Origin: Corallochytrium limacisporum Hawaii
Lineage: Eukaryota > Protista > Pluriformea
Assembly (NCBI GenBank): GCA_002811645.1
Contig: PDIP01000128.1
Span: 1-33,616, forward strand
DNA length: 33,616 nt
Reading direction: 5' to 3'
In this document: one piece after another, positions 1 to 9,381 of the stretch
Position numbering within the stretch: the first letter of the stretch is position 1
Layout: each line of letters starts with the position of its first letter
Made by a program: the position numbers and the translations under genes
The notes under the pieces: generated by a model
Seen by the model: only the letters and a program-made list of their open reading frames with translations
What the model was told of the DNA's origin: nothing
The model's database searches: none

Positions 1-29
1 GACCCTGACCCTGACCCTGACCCTGACCT
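1..29. repeat. Telomere-like hexamer tract (GACCCT)n, i.e. TCAGGG on the minus strand; about 4.8 units visible
   Basis: The sequence opens gaccct-gaccct-gaccct-gaccct-gacct. The C-rich strand is at the 5' end, as expected for a left chromosome end. Confidence 0.7.
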
Positions 30-1066
30 ACCTCACTCGTGCCCCCTGTCGCACCAGCTACTGTCGAAGGTGACTAGAAAATAATTCGCCGAAACAAAAT
101 TCCAAAGTCGGAGCGGCGCGCTCCTTACGGGTTTGCTCGCAGTCGGAATATCATAGTCCGGAGTCTTAGGAACTCTGGCCAGGATGCATTAATTTCAATG
201 CTGAAATTTTCTATGCCTAGGCCAAGTTCTAGGTACTGGATGGGAGTTTTTGTTGTGTTTGGGAGGAACAAATTTCTTTACTAATAGTCTACCATCGTTA
301 GATCACCCGAGTACTCTCGGATGGTCCTGGTTGGCCATGGTTGATCGTTATCATATCTCCGGGAATCTATGAAATGAACCGGTGAGGACTTGTATGCGTG
401 TCAGTAACCTTAGTTCCCGTAAATTTTGTCACGCAGCCCGACGACTGACAGGAGCCCCTTTCCCCCCCCCTTCCCCGGGGAGCGGCGCAGCATAGGAGTT
501 CGGCACCCTACGCATTCTCCTAGGTTGTGGGTGCCGCCTATTCCAACACACCTCAGAGATTGACCTCCCAGGGCTTTCGTCAGAAAATTGATTGTCTAAT
601 TTCGTACAATGACAGCTAGAGCGCTTTGATCTTCTCCTCATGGCCTCGTCCGCCTTATTAGTAAATCTATGGCCAAACCGGTCATTCTTGGGCAGTTCAA
701 CTTTCGGGGCCCCATATGGATTTCCCTTAGAATTCATATAAACTTGTACGTTCAGTAGTCGATGACGTTCAAGTACCTACCAGCATTTCACCTTTGTCAC
801 ATGTCGAGGCCATTGCAAAACCACGACAAGTAGAGGAATCGAAGTTGGACGGAGACCACACGTAAGACAATGAACTAGGGCCCAGCAGGGCACTGCAGGC
901 TTTCGATCGATCAAGGGAGAAGAATTGGTTTTTACCGAAACGCATCCGCTAAAACATTAGAATGCAAGATTGCCACCAGTACGGATGCCGATATTAACTG
1001 TCCATATTGTGGGATTTTAAGGATCTGCATTCTCATATGTCGCTCTTCAAGTGGGCCAGTACCAAT

Positions 1067-1077
1067 GGTACTTAAGG
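1067..1077 (+). promoter_or_regulatory. TATA-like box GGTACTTAAGG upstream of the pore-forming-protein gene
   Basis: Lies 97 nt before ATG 1164. The same motif and spacing recur at 5840, 12681, 14691, 31033 and 32796. Confidence 0.5.
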
Positions 1078-1163
1078 TGATACCGTTAACATTTACTTCA
1101 CACCATGATTAGGAACGCACAGCTCTCTTGTGCCTGTGTATAAAACATTTTACAAAACTAGAC

Positions 1164-3440
1164 ATGATGGTTTTCCTCAATCTATTCCAAGTCTCCATAA
1201 CACTATTGCCAGTTTTGCATGTTGGTGCCTTAACTGCTAGTGGAAGCATGTATGTGAACTGCAGCGCCTATTCAGCCACGAATACCATTGACGACACCTG
1301 GGATTTTCTTCCAGGGGTATTCGAGGAACTCAGCAGCTGGCCTATTGTAACTGAAAATGGTGCGACAGTACAAGCTAACTGGAGATCAGATCAGTATGAG
1401 TACCTCAATGGAACAGACGTCTGTAGCGGCCAAAAGCATTGTTTGTACCGAGCTGGACAACTCGATCTCACAATAAGTGCGACTGAAGATATAGGCTTCT
1501 TCAAGGACTGGGTTATGTGTCATGCATACAATTACTTAAATTTCAATTGTCGAAGCGACGAAGGGTTCAACTACCACTTATTCAATGACACGGTAATAAC
1601 ATGCTTAGCGGGAGAGCTATGCCTACCAGCTACAATCAATTCGCTCCCGTTTGATTTTGACTGTGGCGATTATGGTTTGGTGGCGACTGAACCATCTGAA
1701 GAGGATGATTTGACTCATAACTTTACATATTCCTATGACATCACCGGCCCAACCCTAACTCCGACATTTACCCAGTCAGCGGGAACAACCCGCAAACCGG
1801 TCGAAGCGACAACGTTACCATGGACAAACACGGGAGCTGTATCCTTCGAGTGCTTTGACAATCCCCAGGAGCCCCGTTTCGCGGGAGAAGCCAGCTGGGG
1901 CTCGTGCCCTCTTCGTGACTTCCCTGCAAATATCACTTGGTGGGACAACAGTTCACCGGACCAAAGTACCCAAGAATATTATAATTGGGTCATGGCTGGT
2001 TATGTCGACATGACCCCCTTGTCACAGTTTGTTGTAGAACAAGGCACTGATTTCGAAGACTACATGTCTACCAGGATGGGAAATTTTCAGGTTATGGACG
2101 GTGGTGAATATGATCCTTGGCTGTCCCTCCTTTTCAAGCTGAATCTGTTGACAAACGCCATTCTCGGAGCACCCTTCCAGATACAGCGAACAAATGACAA
2201 CGCTGATGCGTGGGATGCATGGTGGAACGCTCTTCATGACTTGCCACCTTCTGGCGAACTGAAAGCGTTCTGTGATTCTAATGCCCAGGACCCATCTTTC
2301 ACACCTTGGACGGTCGGCTTCCCAGGATGGCAATACTGTTCCCAAGACCCTGTTTATGGGCAATGGACAGGCCCGTCAATTAATGCGCTCATGGAACAGT
2401 CGGGCGAAATAATAGTGACAAATCTGTGGACCTTATCCACCCAACGGCAAACAGCTGAAGGAAGCGTTGTACCTAATGTTCTAGCTAACACGTCAACCAG
2501 GTGTGTTCCTGAAACGGTAGGCTACTCAAAAACCGTTACACAATCAACCACGACATCCACTCAACAGCAATACTCTTCTTCCCTTACCCTCTCCTCAGAG
2601 ATTCAGGTCAGTGAAAAGGCTGATGTTAGCATCGGAGTCCTTAGCGGTGAAGAGCAAACAACTATCAAGGCCGGTGTGTCCACAACGGCTTCAGCGTCGA
2701 TCACTTCAGGTACCAGCGCTACGACGACCACATCGACGACGGTGAATTACGACGCTACCCCTTCCGTCCCTCCTGGATGCACGTTAAACACCACAGTGTT
2801 TGTGACACAGACAACGGCTGAGATGGATATCACTGCTGATGTATCCTATGGAAACAACACTGTGCTCCAGGCCTGGGTCAATGGCGATGGCATTCCTGTT
2901 ATGCTTCCCGAGTATACGGGGGTTTCCCAGCTCTCTGAACTTGTTCAAAATGGAAAGTTGACGACAACAGATGCAGTTCGGAACGTGGCTAAACTGGCTA
3001 TGAATGTGATTGGCGCTCAGTGGACCGAGATGTTTCTCGATTCATTGATCACGAGCAGCATGACTGGCACGTCTAATGTGACCTTTGCAAGCACTAGAAC
3101 AGTGGACGTTTGGTCATGTGATACGGCCAGTCTCATAGCCGCAAACCTATCCCCCGATGTATGCGATGAGCTTCTACAAGAGGAGTTCCCATGCCAAGTT
3201 TCCATTTGTCCCGGAGAGCACGATATAGTTACAGAAAACCGACGGTCCCTTCAAGCTCCCAATAATTCATTGGAGTCTGATCCCAATGACCCCTCTGACT
3301 CTGAAGCCCTCCTGTTGTCTCTCCTGAACTACGATGACTGCTACACCCCGGAAAAAGTAGACGGCTACAAAAATCGCTGGTACATGCATGACAACTGTAC
3401 CACCTCAAATTATGACCACAGCAGAGATTTAGGTATCTGA
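1164..3440 (+). CDS. Secreted aerolysin-like (ETX/MTX2-type) beta-pore-forming protein, 758 aa, with a large Cys/Trp-rich N-terminal region
   Basis: Long ORF whose first ATG is at 1164, followed by a signal peptide (MMVFLNLFQVSITLLPVLHVGALTA). At ~2478-2850 the ETX/MTX2 pattern appears: LANTS..., YSKTVTQSTTTST, an alternating-polarity hairpin (SSSLTLSSEIQVSEKADVSIGVLSGEEQTTIKAGVSTTASAS), a Ser/Thr tract, then SVPPGCTLNTTVFVTQ. Confidence 0.8.
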   Translation: MMVFLNLFQVSITLLPVLHVGALTASGSMYVNCSAYSATNTIDDTWDFLPGVFEELSSWPIVTENGATVQANWRSDQYEYLNGTDVCSGQKHCLYRAGQLDLTISATEDIGFFKDWVMCHAYNYLNFNCRSDEGFNYHLFNDTVITCLAGELCLPATINSLPFDFDCGDYGLVATEPSEEDDLTHNFTYSYDITGPTLTPTFTQSAGTTRKPVEATTLPWTNTGAVSFECFDNPQEPRFAGEASWGSCPLRDFPANITWWDNSSPDQSTQEYYNWVMAGYVDMTPLSQFVVEQGTDFEDYMSTRMGNFQVMDGGEYDPWLSLLFKLNLLTNAILGAPFQIQRTNDNADAWDAWWNALHDLPPSGELKAFCDSNAQDPSFTPWTVGFPGWQYCSQDPVYGQWTGPSINALMEQSGEIIVTNLWTLSTQRQTAEGSVVPNVLANTSTRCVPETVGYSKTVTQSTTTSTQQQYSSSLTLSSEIQVSEKADVSIGVLSGEEQTTIKAGVSTTASASITSGTSATTTTSTTVNYDATPSVPPGCTLNTTVFVTQTTAEMDITADVSYGNNTVLQAWVNGDGIPVMLPEYTGVSQLSELVQNGKLTTTDAVRNVAKLAMNVIGAQWTEMFLDSLITSSMTGTSNVTFASTRTVDVWSCDTASLIAANLSPDVCDELLQEEFPCQVSICPGEHDIVTENRRSLQAPNNSLESDPNDPSDSEALLLSLLNYDDCYTPEKVDGYKNRWYMHDNCTTSNYDHSRDLGI

Positions 3441-4237
3441 CGCAAACAGTGATCCACATCCCCACCGTGGTCAAAAACTATGATTCATTTCTTTTGCCAT
3501 GATTCCCTACGTGGTGCCTAGTGCGACGGCCGAGGGCGCTACGAAATCGAGATTTCCGTCGAGATTTCCGCAGTGTCTTTTAGAGCCAGAGTACTTCGAC
3601 GCCGCAGCAACTACCGGAAACAACAATGCTACTGGGATGGGTGTGGATGTTTGGGGAGTATTGTGGAACTATGAGGAGCTAAAGAGTCTGACGACGTGAC
3701 ATTGATCTCCATTTCTGTGGTACCGTTAACAGGCCACGTTTACGGCACCAGTTACCCAGATGGTCTCAAACGGAGCGGCATTGCCCGTGGCCGCTCCAGG
3801 AGCACCTCCAAATATGATCGTAAGTGCTCTAGTGTTCATGATAAGTTAACCTGACGTTCTTCTTTAAGACTCCAATTTGATTAGAATTCCTCGATCTGAT
3901 TCACATTCTCTGCAAGATCTTCGTTGCCATTATATATACCTGCTTGTAATCCAAACGCAGCTCATTCGAGGCAGCGGGACCGAGCAATGAAGGTGGCAGA
4001 GATGCATTAAGTTTTCCGACGTTACGGACGGATTAGACGGATTGAAAAACTCCCCCCCCCCCCTTCTTTTGCACTACCACCGTTCCCCAAATGTCACACC
4101 CCAACCCAAAACCTTGACTACCTATTGCAATCCTTGTCTGACGCTAAAACTATGCGCAGATCATATATCAATATCACGGTGACCATTTGCTTAAAAGGAC
4201 GGATCTATAAATCGATCAGATCCATACTCCACCGTGC

Positions 4238-4301
4238 AGGGGAATCCAGCGGACTCAAAACCCCCAGTTAGGGGAATCCAGCAGACTCAAAACCCCCAGT
4301 T
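4238..4301. repeat. Tandem duplication, 2 x 32 bp
   Basis: aggggaatccagc(g/a)gactcaaaacccccagtt occurs twice with one mismatch. Confidence 0.9.
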
Positions 4302-5839
4302 TGCGTCGTGCTTACGACCCAAAGAGCGGAGTGCCGTGCTGGTAGTATAATTTGTGTTACCTGCAGTCCGAAAAACGACAACTTACAGAGTGCAATGGCA
4401 GATGTTGCAATTTCTGCAGCAGATGTCACTGGACGGTGCTCCTGGTGGTGCTGAGTTTGCAGCCGTGGCTCACGAGCTCCGTTTTCGACGATGGCTGCAT
4501 TGGGCCCGCCACTGAATGTTAAAGTATGGAATTTCCAATGAAACTTGACGGAAGGTAAAGTTATGCACAGCTTCAAAAAGGCAAATTTTCTGTAGAAACA
4601 ATAGCAATGGTTCAGTTACAAGTTGAGTTCAATTTTCTCTTCAAGGCGAAGGTGGTGTGTTCCTGGGCCAATCTCTTCCCCTCCCCGCCGGTGCAAAGCG
4701 AGCGCTGAAAGCCGTGGACTTAGAGAGACCCAAACCAGAGACTTTCCTTCAAATGGGTGTTTTGGGTGGAACAAGGATTCCGGCCATATAAAATGAATGG
4801 TAGAGAATGGGGTGCTGTCCGGGGGCGCTGTCGGGCGAGAAGTCTTGCGACTTACTTTCCAAAAAGTAGAAGACCAGGTCGCCCTGGTCACGTAACGAAA
4901 GAATGAACAAGAAAACTGAAAGTAAAAAAAAAAGAAACGGATGAAAGAGAAAGAGAAAGAAAATAAATAACGGTACTCCATGACCTCACGGCGTCAAACT
5001 CTCCTGCTGCCCTCTATTTAGGCTACGTTTACCCGGATTTGTTCTCGTGCGCTCTGGGGACCACTCGATTGCCGCACAACTAAATAGCTCATTACAATCA
5101 GTAGCTTTAATAATAACAAAAAAAAATTTCGCATCCCTTCCATATTCATCCCCAATAGTGGTTTGGATCAAACTGGAGTTTGTCGTTGAAGGCTGCAGAC
5201 ATCGAGACCTAATTCACATGAGGACAACCGCATCCCGAAACTTTCGTCGTTCGTGCACTGCCGGAGGTGAGCGCAGCCATTGTTTCGCCTGGAAATACGA
5301 GAAAATGGGCCCTTGGCCGTCTGTGCTGGATCATGGAGATCCAAATCCAACAGATCCACAATGGGTTCAATTTTCAAGTAGGAAAACAGGGGGGGGGTTT
5401 GATTTTTGCTTGCGACCATGTGTCTAAGGAATTTTCGTTGGCGACACCGTCACTGGCATCCCAAAACAGGAACCCGGGAAGCCATTTTGGGAAGGAAGTG
5501 GATTTGGGAGGTCTGTGAATTGGAAACCTCCTTTCGTCCGTTGCAACGTGCGACGCGAAGACAAACTAGAGGGACACGTAGGACTTCGGGTTGATGGCAC
5601 ACGAAGGAAACAAAGCCCAAGATACCCAAAGACAAGAGATATGAACATCTGCTCCGTGCATGGATGAAGATGCGAGGCGGAAATGGCAGTATTGTCATCT
5701 TGGACAACAGCCACGGAATTGAGAAGGTCCCCCAGGAACAGCAGTACTTGTCATGAAAGCATTGCGTACTGCCATGTAGGTTGCTTGTGCCAGGTTGGCA
5801 ATGTGAAGGAAGTCTGTTGAGGATGGTGACACACAACAG

Positions 5840-5850
5840 GGTATTTAAAG
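5840..5850 (+). promoter_or_regulatory. TATA-like box GGTATTTAAAG
   Basis: Lies 111 nt before ATG 5951. The identical 11-mer precedes the unrelated genes at 31139 and 32902. Confidence 0.55.
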
Positions 5851-5950
5851 GGTCGTGTAGAAACACATCCACTTTGATCGGATCAGCACATCTCCACAAG
5901 ACTCTACTAGGCTCTTGACCAATATTCAAACGTACAAATCTAAAGCCATC

Positions 5951-6706
5951 ATGAAGTTTTCCATCAGTTACGCCTTCCTGATAGGAGCTCTAATTGCTTC
6001 AAGCTTTATTTGTGGTGGGGTAATGAATACCACTGACTTGTATGCAAACCCGAAGTCCCTGGACGCCTCTCAGAGAATTGTAACCGTCGGCGTGACAGTT
6101 CTCGGCTACCTGGGTGGCAGTTTAGCTTCACTTCTCTTTGCTGTGCACACTATAGTAGCTATTGCAAAGGTACCTAGATCGGCCAATTCCGCATTCTTGA
6201 GGTTTACCAGTGTTCTCTCATCCCTGCTTGCTCTCCTCATGCTCAGCATGGTAGTTGCTGCTACCATCATATTTGCCACGGACAGCGTAGTTATATTATC
6301 TTGTCGCCATAGGCCGATCCCCCCCGGGCTTGACCCTGGGCCGGGTTCCGACTATTTTGACCCTGGGAGGAATCCCCACGAGTTTTTCCCTGTCCCCTAT
6401 GATGTGAAAGGGTATATTGTTTCTGAAGACAGCCGCTTCCCACCCTCATTCGCCTGCTACAAAAACCATGAGATATACTTCAGCAGCTATGCCTACTTTC
6501 AATACGGCGTCGACAGACCTGCACTGGTCACTGCTCTTGCGTTTGGCCTTCTCTCCGGTTTCCTCTGGGTCTGCAATGCTATCGTAGGCTACGTGTACAT
6601 GAAGCGCCTTCCCGGATCCGTCATGAGCACTACGGGCGCTGTTGAGACAGGCACCGGGCAAGTCGATTCCACCTACGTAAAGCCCTTCAAAAGCGACCAA
6701 TATTAA
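5951..6706 (+). CDS. Four-transmembrane membrane protein, 251 aa, with a large loop between TM3 and TM4 (tetraspan-like topology); function unknown
   Basis: ATG in gccatcATG context. Four hydrophobic segments: ISYAFLIGALIASSFICGGV, IVTVGVTVLGYLGGSLASLLFAVHTIVAIA, FTSVLSSLLALLMLSMVVAATIIFA and ALVTALAFGLLSGFLWVCNAIVGYVYM. The Pro/aromatic-rich loop contains two Cys. Confidence 0.8.
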   Translation: MKFSISYAFLIGALIASSFICGGVMNTTDLYANPKSLDASQRIVTVGVTVLGYLGGSLASLLFAVHTIVAIAKVPRSANSAFLRFTSVLSSLLALLMLSMVVAATIIFATDSVVILSCRHRPIPPGLDPGPGSDYFDPGRNPHEFFPVPYDVKGYIVSEDSRFPPSFACYKNHEIYFSSYAYFQYGVDRPALVTALAFGLLSGFLWVCNAIVGYVYMKRLPGSVMSTTGAVETGTGQVDSTYVKPFKSDQY

Positions 6707-7185
6707 CCACCGTAAATACATGGTGATCACAAACCCCGGATACTGCTTAACGAGATCGTACAGACTTCCCGAGAGACGAATTGGAACTGTGGCTGGTAAG
6801 ATCACGGGCACGTGTACAGGAAACTATGTCTTCGTGATGTCGTCAACGGCCACTTCAATGAGATGCGGAATTGAGCCCACGTTGCAGGCATGGCACTGTA
6901 CATATGAACTCTGAAACAAGGTCAGACAGACAGTGCATCAAGTCGGATACGGTGGTCCACAAGAATCTGGCTCAAGTCATGGTGGTAATAGGTGTTCATA
7001 TTTATTTCCTTTGTGTACAGCTCGGATGTGTTCAATGTCAAGCCAACGTCAAGAGAGTCCTTTTTGGGACTAGCACGGAACACTTCGGTTGAATCAGTAA
7101 TTTAAATACATTATATTGATTTCTTAAATGCACAATATATAGAATAATCAACTCAAGATTAATATGAATCCTGACTAAATATGCT

Positions 7186-7552
7186 ACGGTAAAATTCAAG
7201 TTTTTCGGAGTTTTGACCCTACCATACAAGACAGACGGCAGTACCAGGACTGTCTAGGCAACTTGCAGTCCAAGACCTAAGCACAGTTGACTAGTGACGA
7301 AAGGCCAAAGATCTGCCAATTGGCAAGTCACAAAACAAGGCCGAGATTCAAAGGGTCATCATCGCTTGGGCAGACAATGCGGCCTGGTGTTTTTGTGTAT
7401 GCCAAATTGGAAGGCATATTTTTGGGCAAAAGCCTATGGGCGGTGGTCTGAATAGTTATTGTATGCTACCATTTCCGAAAAATAATACCACTCCGTGAAG
7501 AAATGGTTCAGACCAGCGCCAGTTTTTTTCTGCCATAATCCCCGGTCCCAAC
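7186..7552 (+). repeat. Dispersed ~370-bp repeat, copy 1 (possible MITE or non-autonomous element)
   Basis: Aligns by eye end to end with 9007-9381 (acggtaaaattcaag ... cccggtcccaac), with about 16 differences in the first ~120 nt. Confidence 0.9.
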
Positions 7553-7677
7553 CGTGAGCTCCAAGGACATCATCGGACGTGTCATCTCCCCCCCCGGGGG
7601 GGGGATGTAGCCGGGGGACCCCCCCATTGCACTGGTGGATTTAGTGCACCACACTAGGACGTAAATATAACGAAGTC

Positions 7678-8815
7678 TCAGATGAGTTGATCGCAGGCAG
7701 GGGGCATCTTTCCCTTATCTTTGCAGCAAACAGTCTTTTCGCAGTACAAAATGTGGTCTCTAAAGGAAATCGGCTCGTACATGGCCTGCTCTCCGGGTTT
7801 CAATAGCAATTCAATGGGCCTCCCAATTACATTGTAGTTAGGATCGAAGAAAACCCCGAAGCTGACCCGCTCTTTACCATTGGGATTGTGCACGCGGTGC
7901 AGTGTAGAGCGATACTTGCCGTTGGTTAGGCGCTTGACAAAGTCACCCATGTTGACGATGACCATATCCCGGGTCATGTTCGTGGGCATAAACCACGAAC
8001 CGTCAGGGCGCTGGATCTCCAGGCCAGGCTTGCCATCAAACGCTAGGAATGTTAGCCAACCGAGATCAGTGTGCTCACCGAGGCCATATGTACCCTTTGC
8101 GGAGTTTGAGTACTGGTTCTCTGGGTAAAAGTTCATCCGCACCATCTCATTACCATAGCCAATCCCGTTCCAGAACAGTTCACGGTTGAAGTACTCCTCG
8201 TCCAGGCCCAGGGACAGCGCCAGGAGGAGGTTCATCTTCACGCCACACTCTCGAACACTGTCTATGTAGCGGAGGAGGGTAGGCTGAAACTCGGGGATCT
8301 CCTTTATCCACAGCTCCTGAAGGTCACCAGGCATGAGGGGGGGGGAGGAAGCTCTCCTTCATGTCTCTGTACTCTCCGTTGCCGACAACCTCGCTGCAGT
8401 ATGGAACCCATCCACGGAAGAACTGCTTCCCTGCGTACTGCTGCTTGACTTCATTGGGAAGGTGGAAAAATTTGCGCGCTAGGAACTCCACCCGTTCCTT
8501 GAGGTAAGAGTCAATGCCGTGATTCTTTACGCACATGAACCCTATGTTCTGCATTACATTTCGCAACTCCGTAGCAGTCTTTAGCTTGTTGGCCTCGGAT
8601 GCAAACGCCCATTCGAGATCCATGCAAGGAATTCTATCATTCGTAGTGTTTCCTAAGAATTCGAACGCACTAATCTTGAGCGGCCTGTCCACCGCATTAA
8701 TGCCCTGCAGGGACGGACAAGTAGCAAGTTCTCCGTTGACGACTTTGCATTCACCAACCATATCAAAACTATTTACCAAATTACAGTAGCAAGCAATGAA
8801 TGCTACTTTTTTCAT
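7678..8815 (-). pseudogene. 2-oxoglutarate/Fe(II)-dependent dioxygenase (IPNS/DIOX_N + 2OG-FeII_Oxy type) with a 1-nt frameshift in a G9 run at 8337-8345; may be an intact gene with a sequencing error
   Basis: The 5' ORF has DIOX_N motifs (IPCMDL, IGFMCVKNHGI, ARKFFHLPNEVK, RGW, DMKESF). The 3' ORF has RMNFYP, HTDLGWLT, GLEI, IVNMGD, TNGKYRSTLHRV and RVS, so the HxD...H and RxS motifs are intact. Removing one base of the run gives ...ESFLPPLMPGDLQELW... and a 378-aa protein. Confidence 0.85.
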
Positions 8816-9006
8816 GGTGATCCTATGATGTAGAGATATTTCTCGGTGTACAGATTCAGATTCTTTAAGTAGCCGATAATGCAGTATCTGCAGTTTCAAG
8901 TGTCAACCAGAACCGCAAACCTCAACTTATCCCCCGTCCGGACCCACTAGCCCCCCAGGACGCGGTTGGGCGGGCGCTTAGCGTTCGGCGGTGTTCAGCA
9001 CCAAAC

Positions 9007-9381
9007 ACGGTAAAATTCAAGTTTTCCGGAGTTTTGACCCATACATACAGCACGGACGGCGGTACCAGTACTGTCTAGACAACTTGCAGTCCAAGATGGA
9101 AGCACAGTAGACTAGTAACGAACGGCCAAAGATCTGCCGATTGGCAAGTCACAAGACAAGGACGAGATTCAAAGGGTCATCGTCTGGGCAGACTATGCGG
9201 CCTGATGTTGTTGAGTATGCCAAATTAGAAGGCATATTTTTTCACCTACTTTGTTGGGCAAAAGCCTATGGGCAGAGGTCTGAATAGTTATTGCATCTAC
9301 CATTTCAGAAAAAAATACCACTCTGTGAAGAAATGGTTCAGAACAGCGGCAGTTTTTCCTACCTTAACCCCCGGTCCCAAC
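9007..9381 (+). repeat. Dispersed ~370-bp repeat, copy 2, in direct orientation to copy 1
   Basis: Aligns with 7186-7552. It carries a short insertion (around tcacctactttg) relative to copy 1. Confidence 0.9.

Noticed and set aside
429-737. 102-aa minus-strand ORF next to the telomere-like tract, considered as a telomere-associated retroelement or helicase fragment
   Set aside because: No RT, endonuclease or helicase motif is visible.
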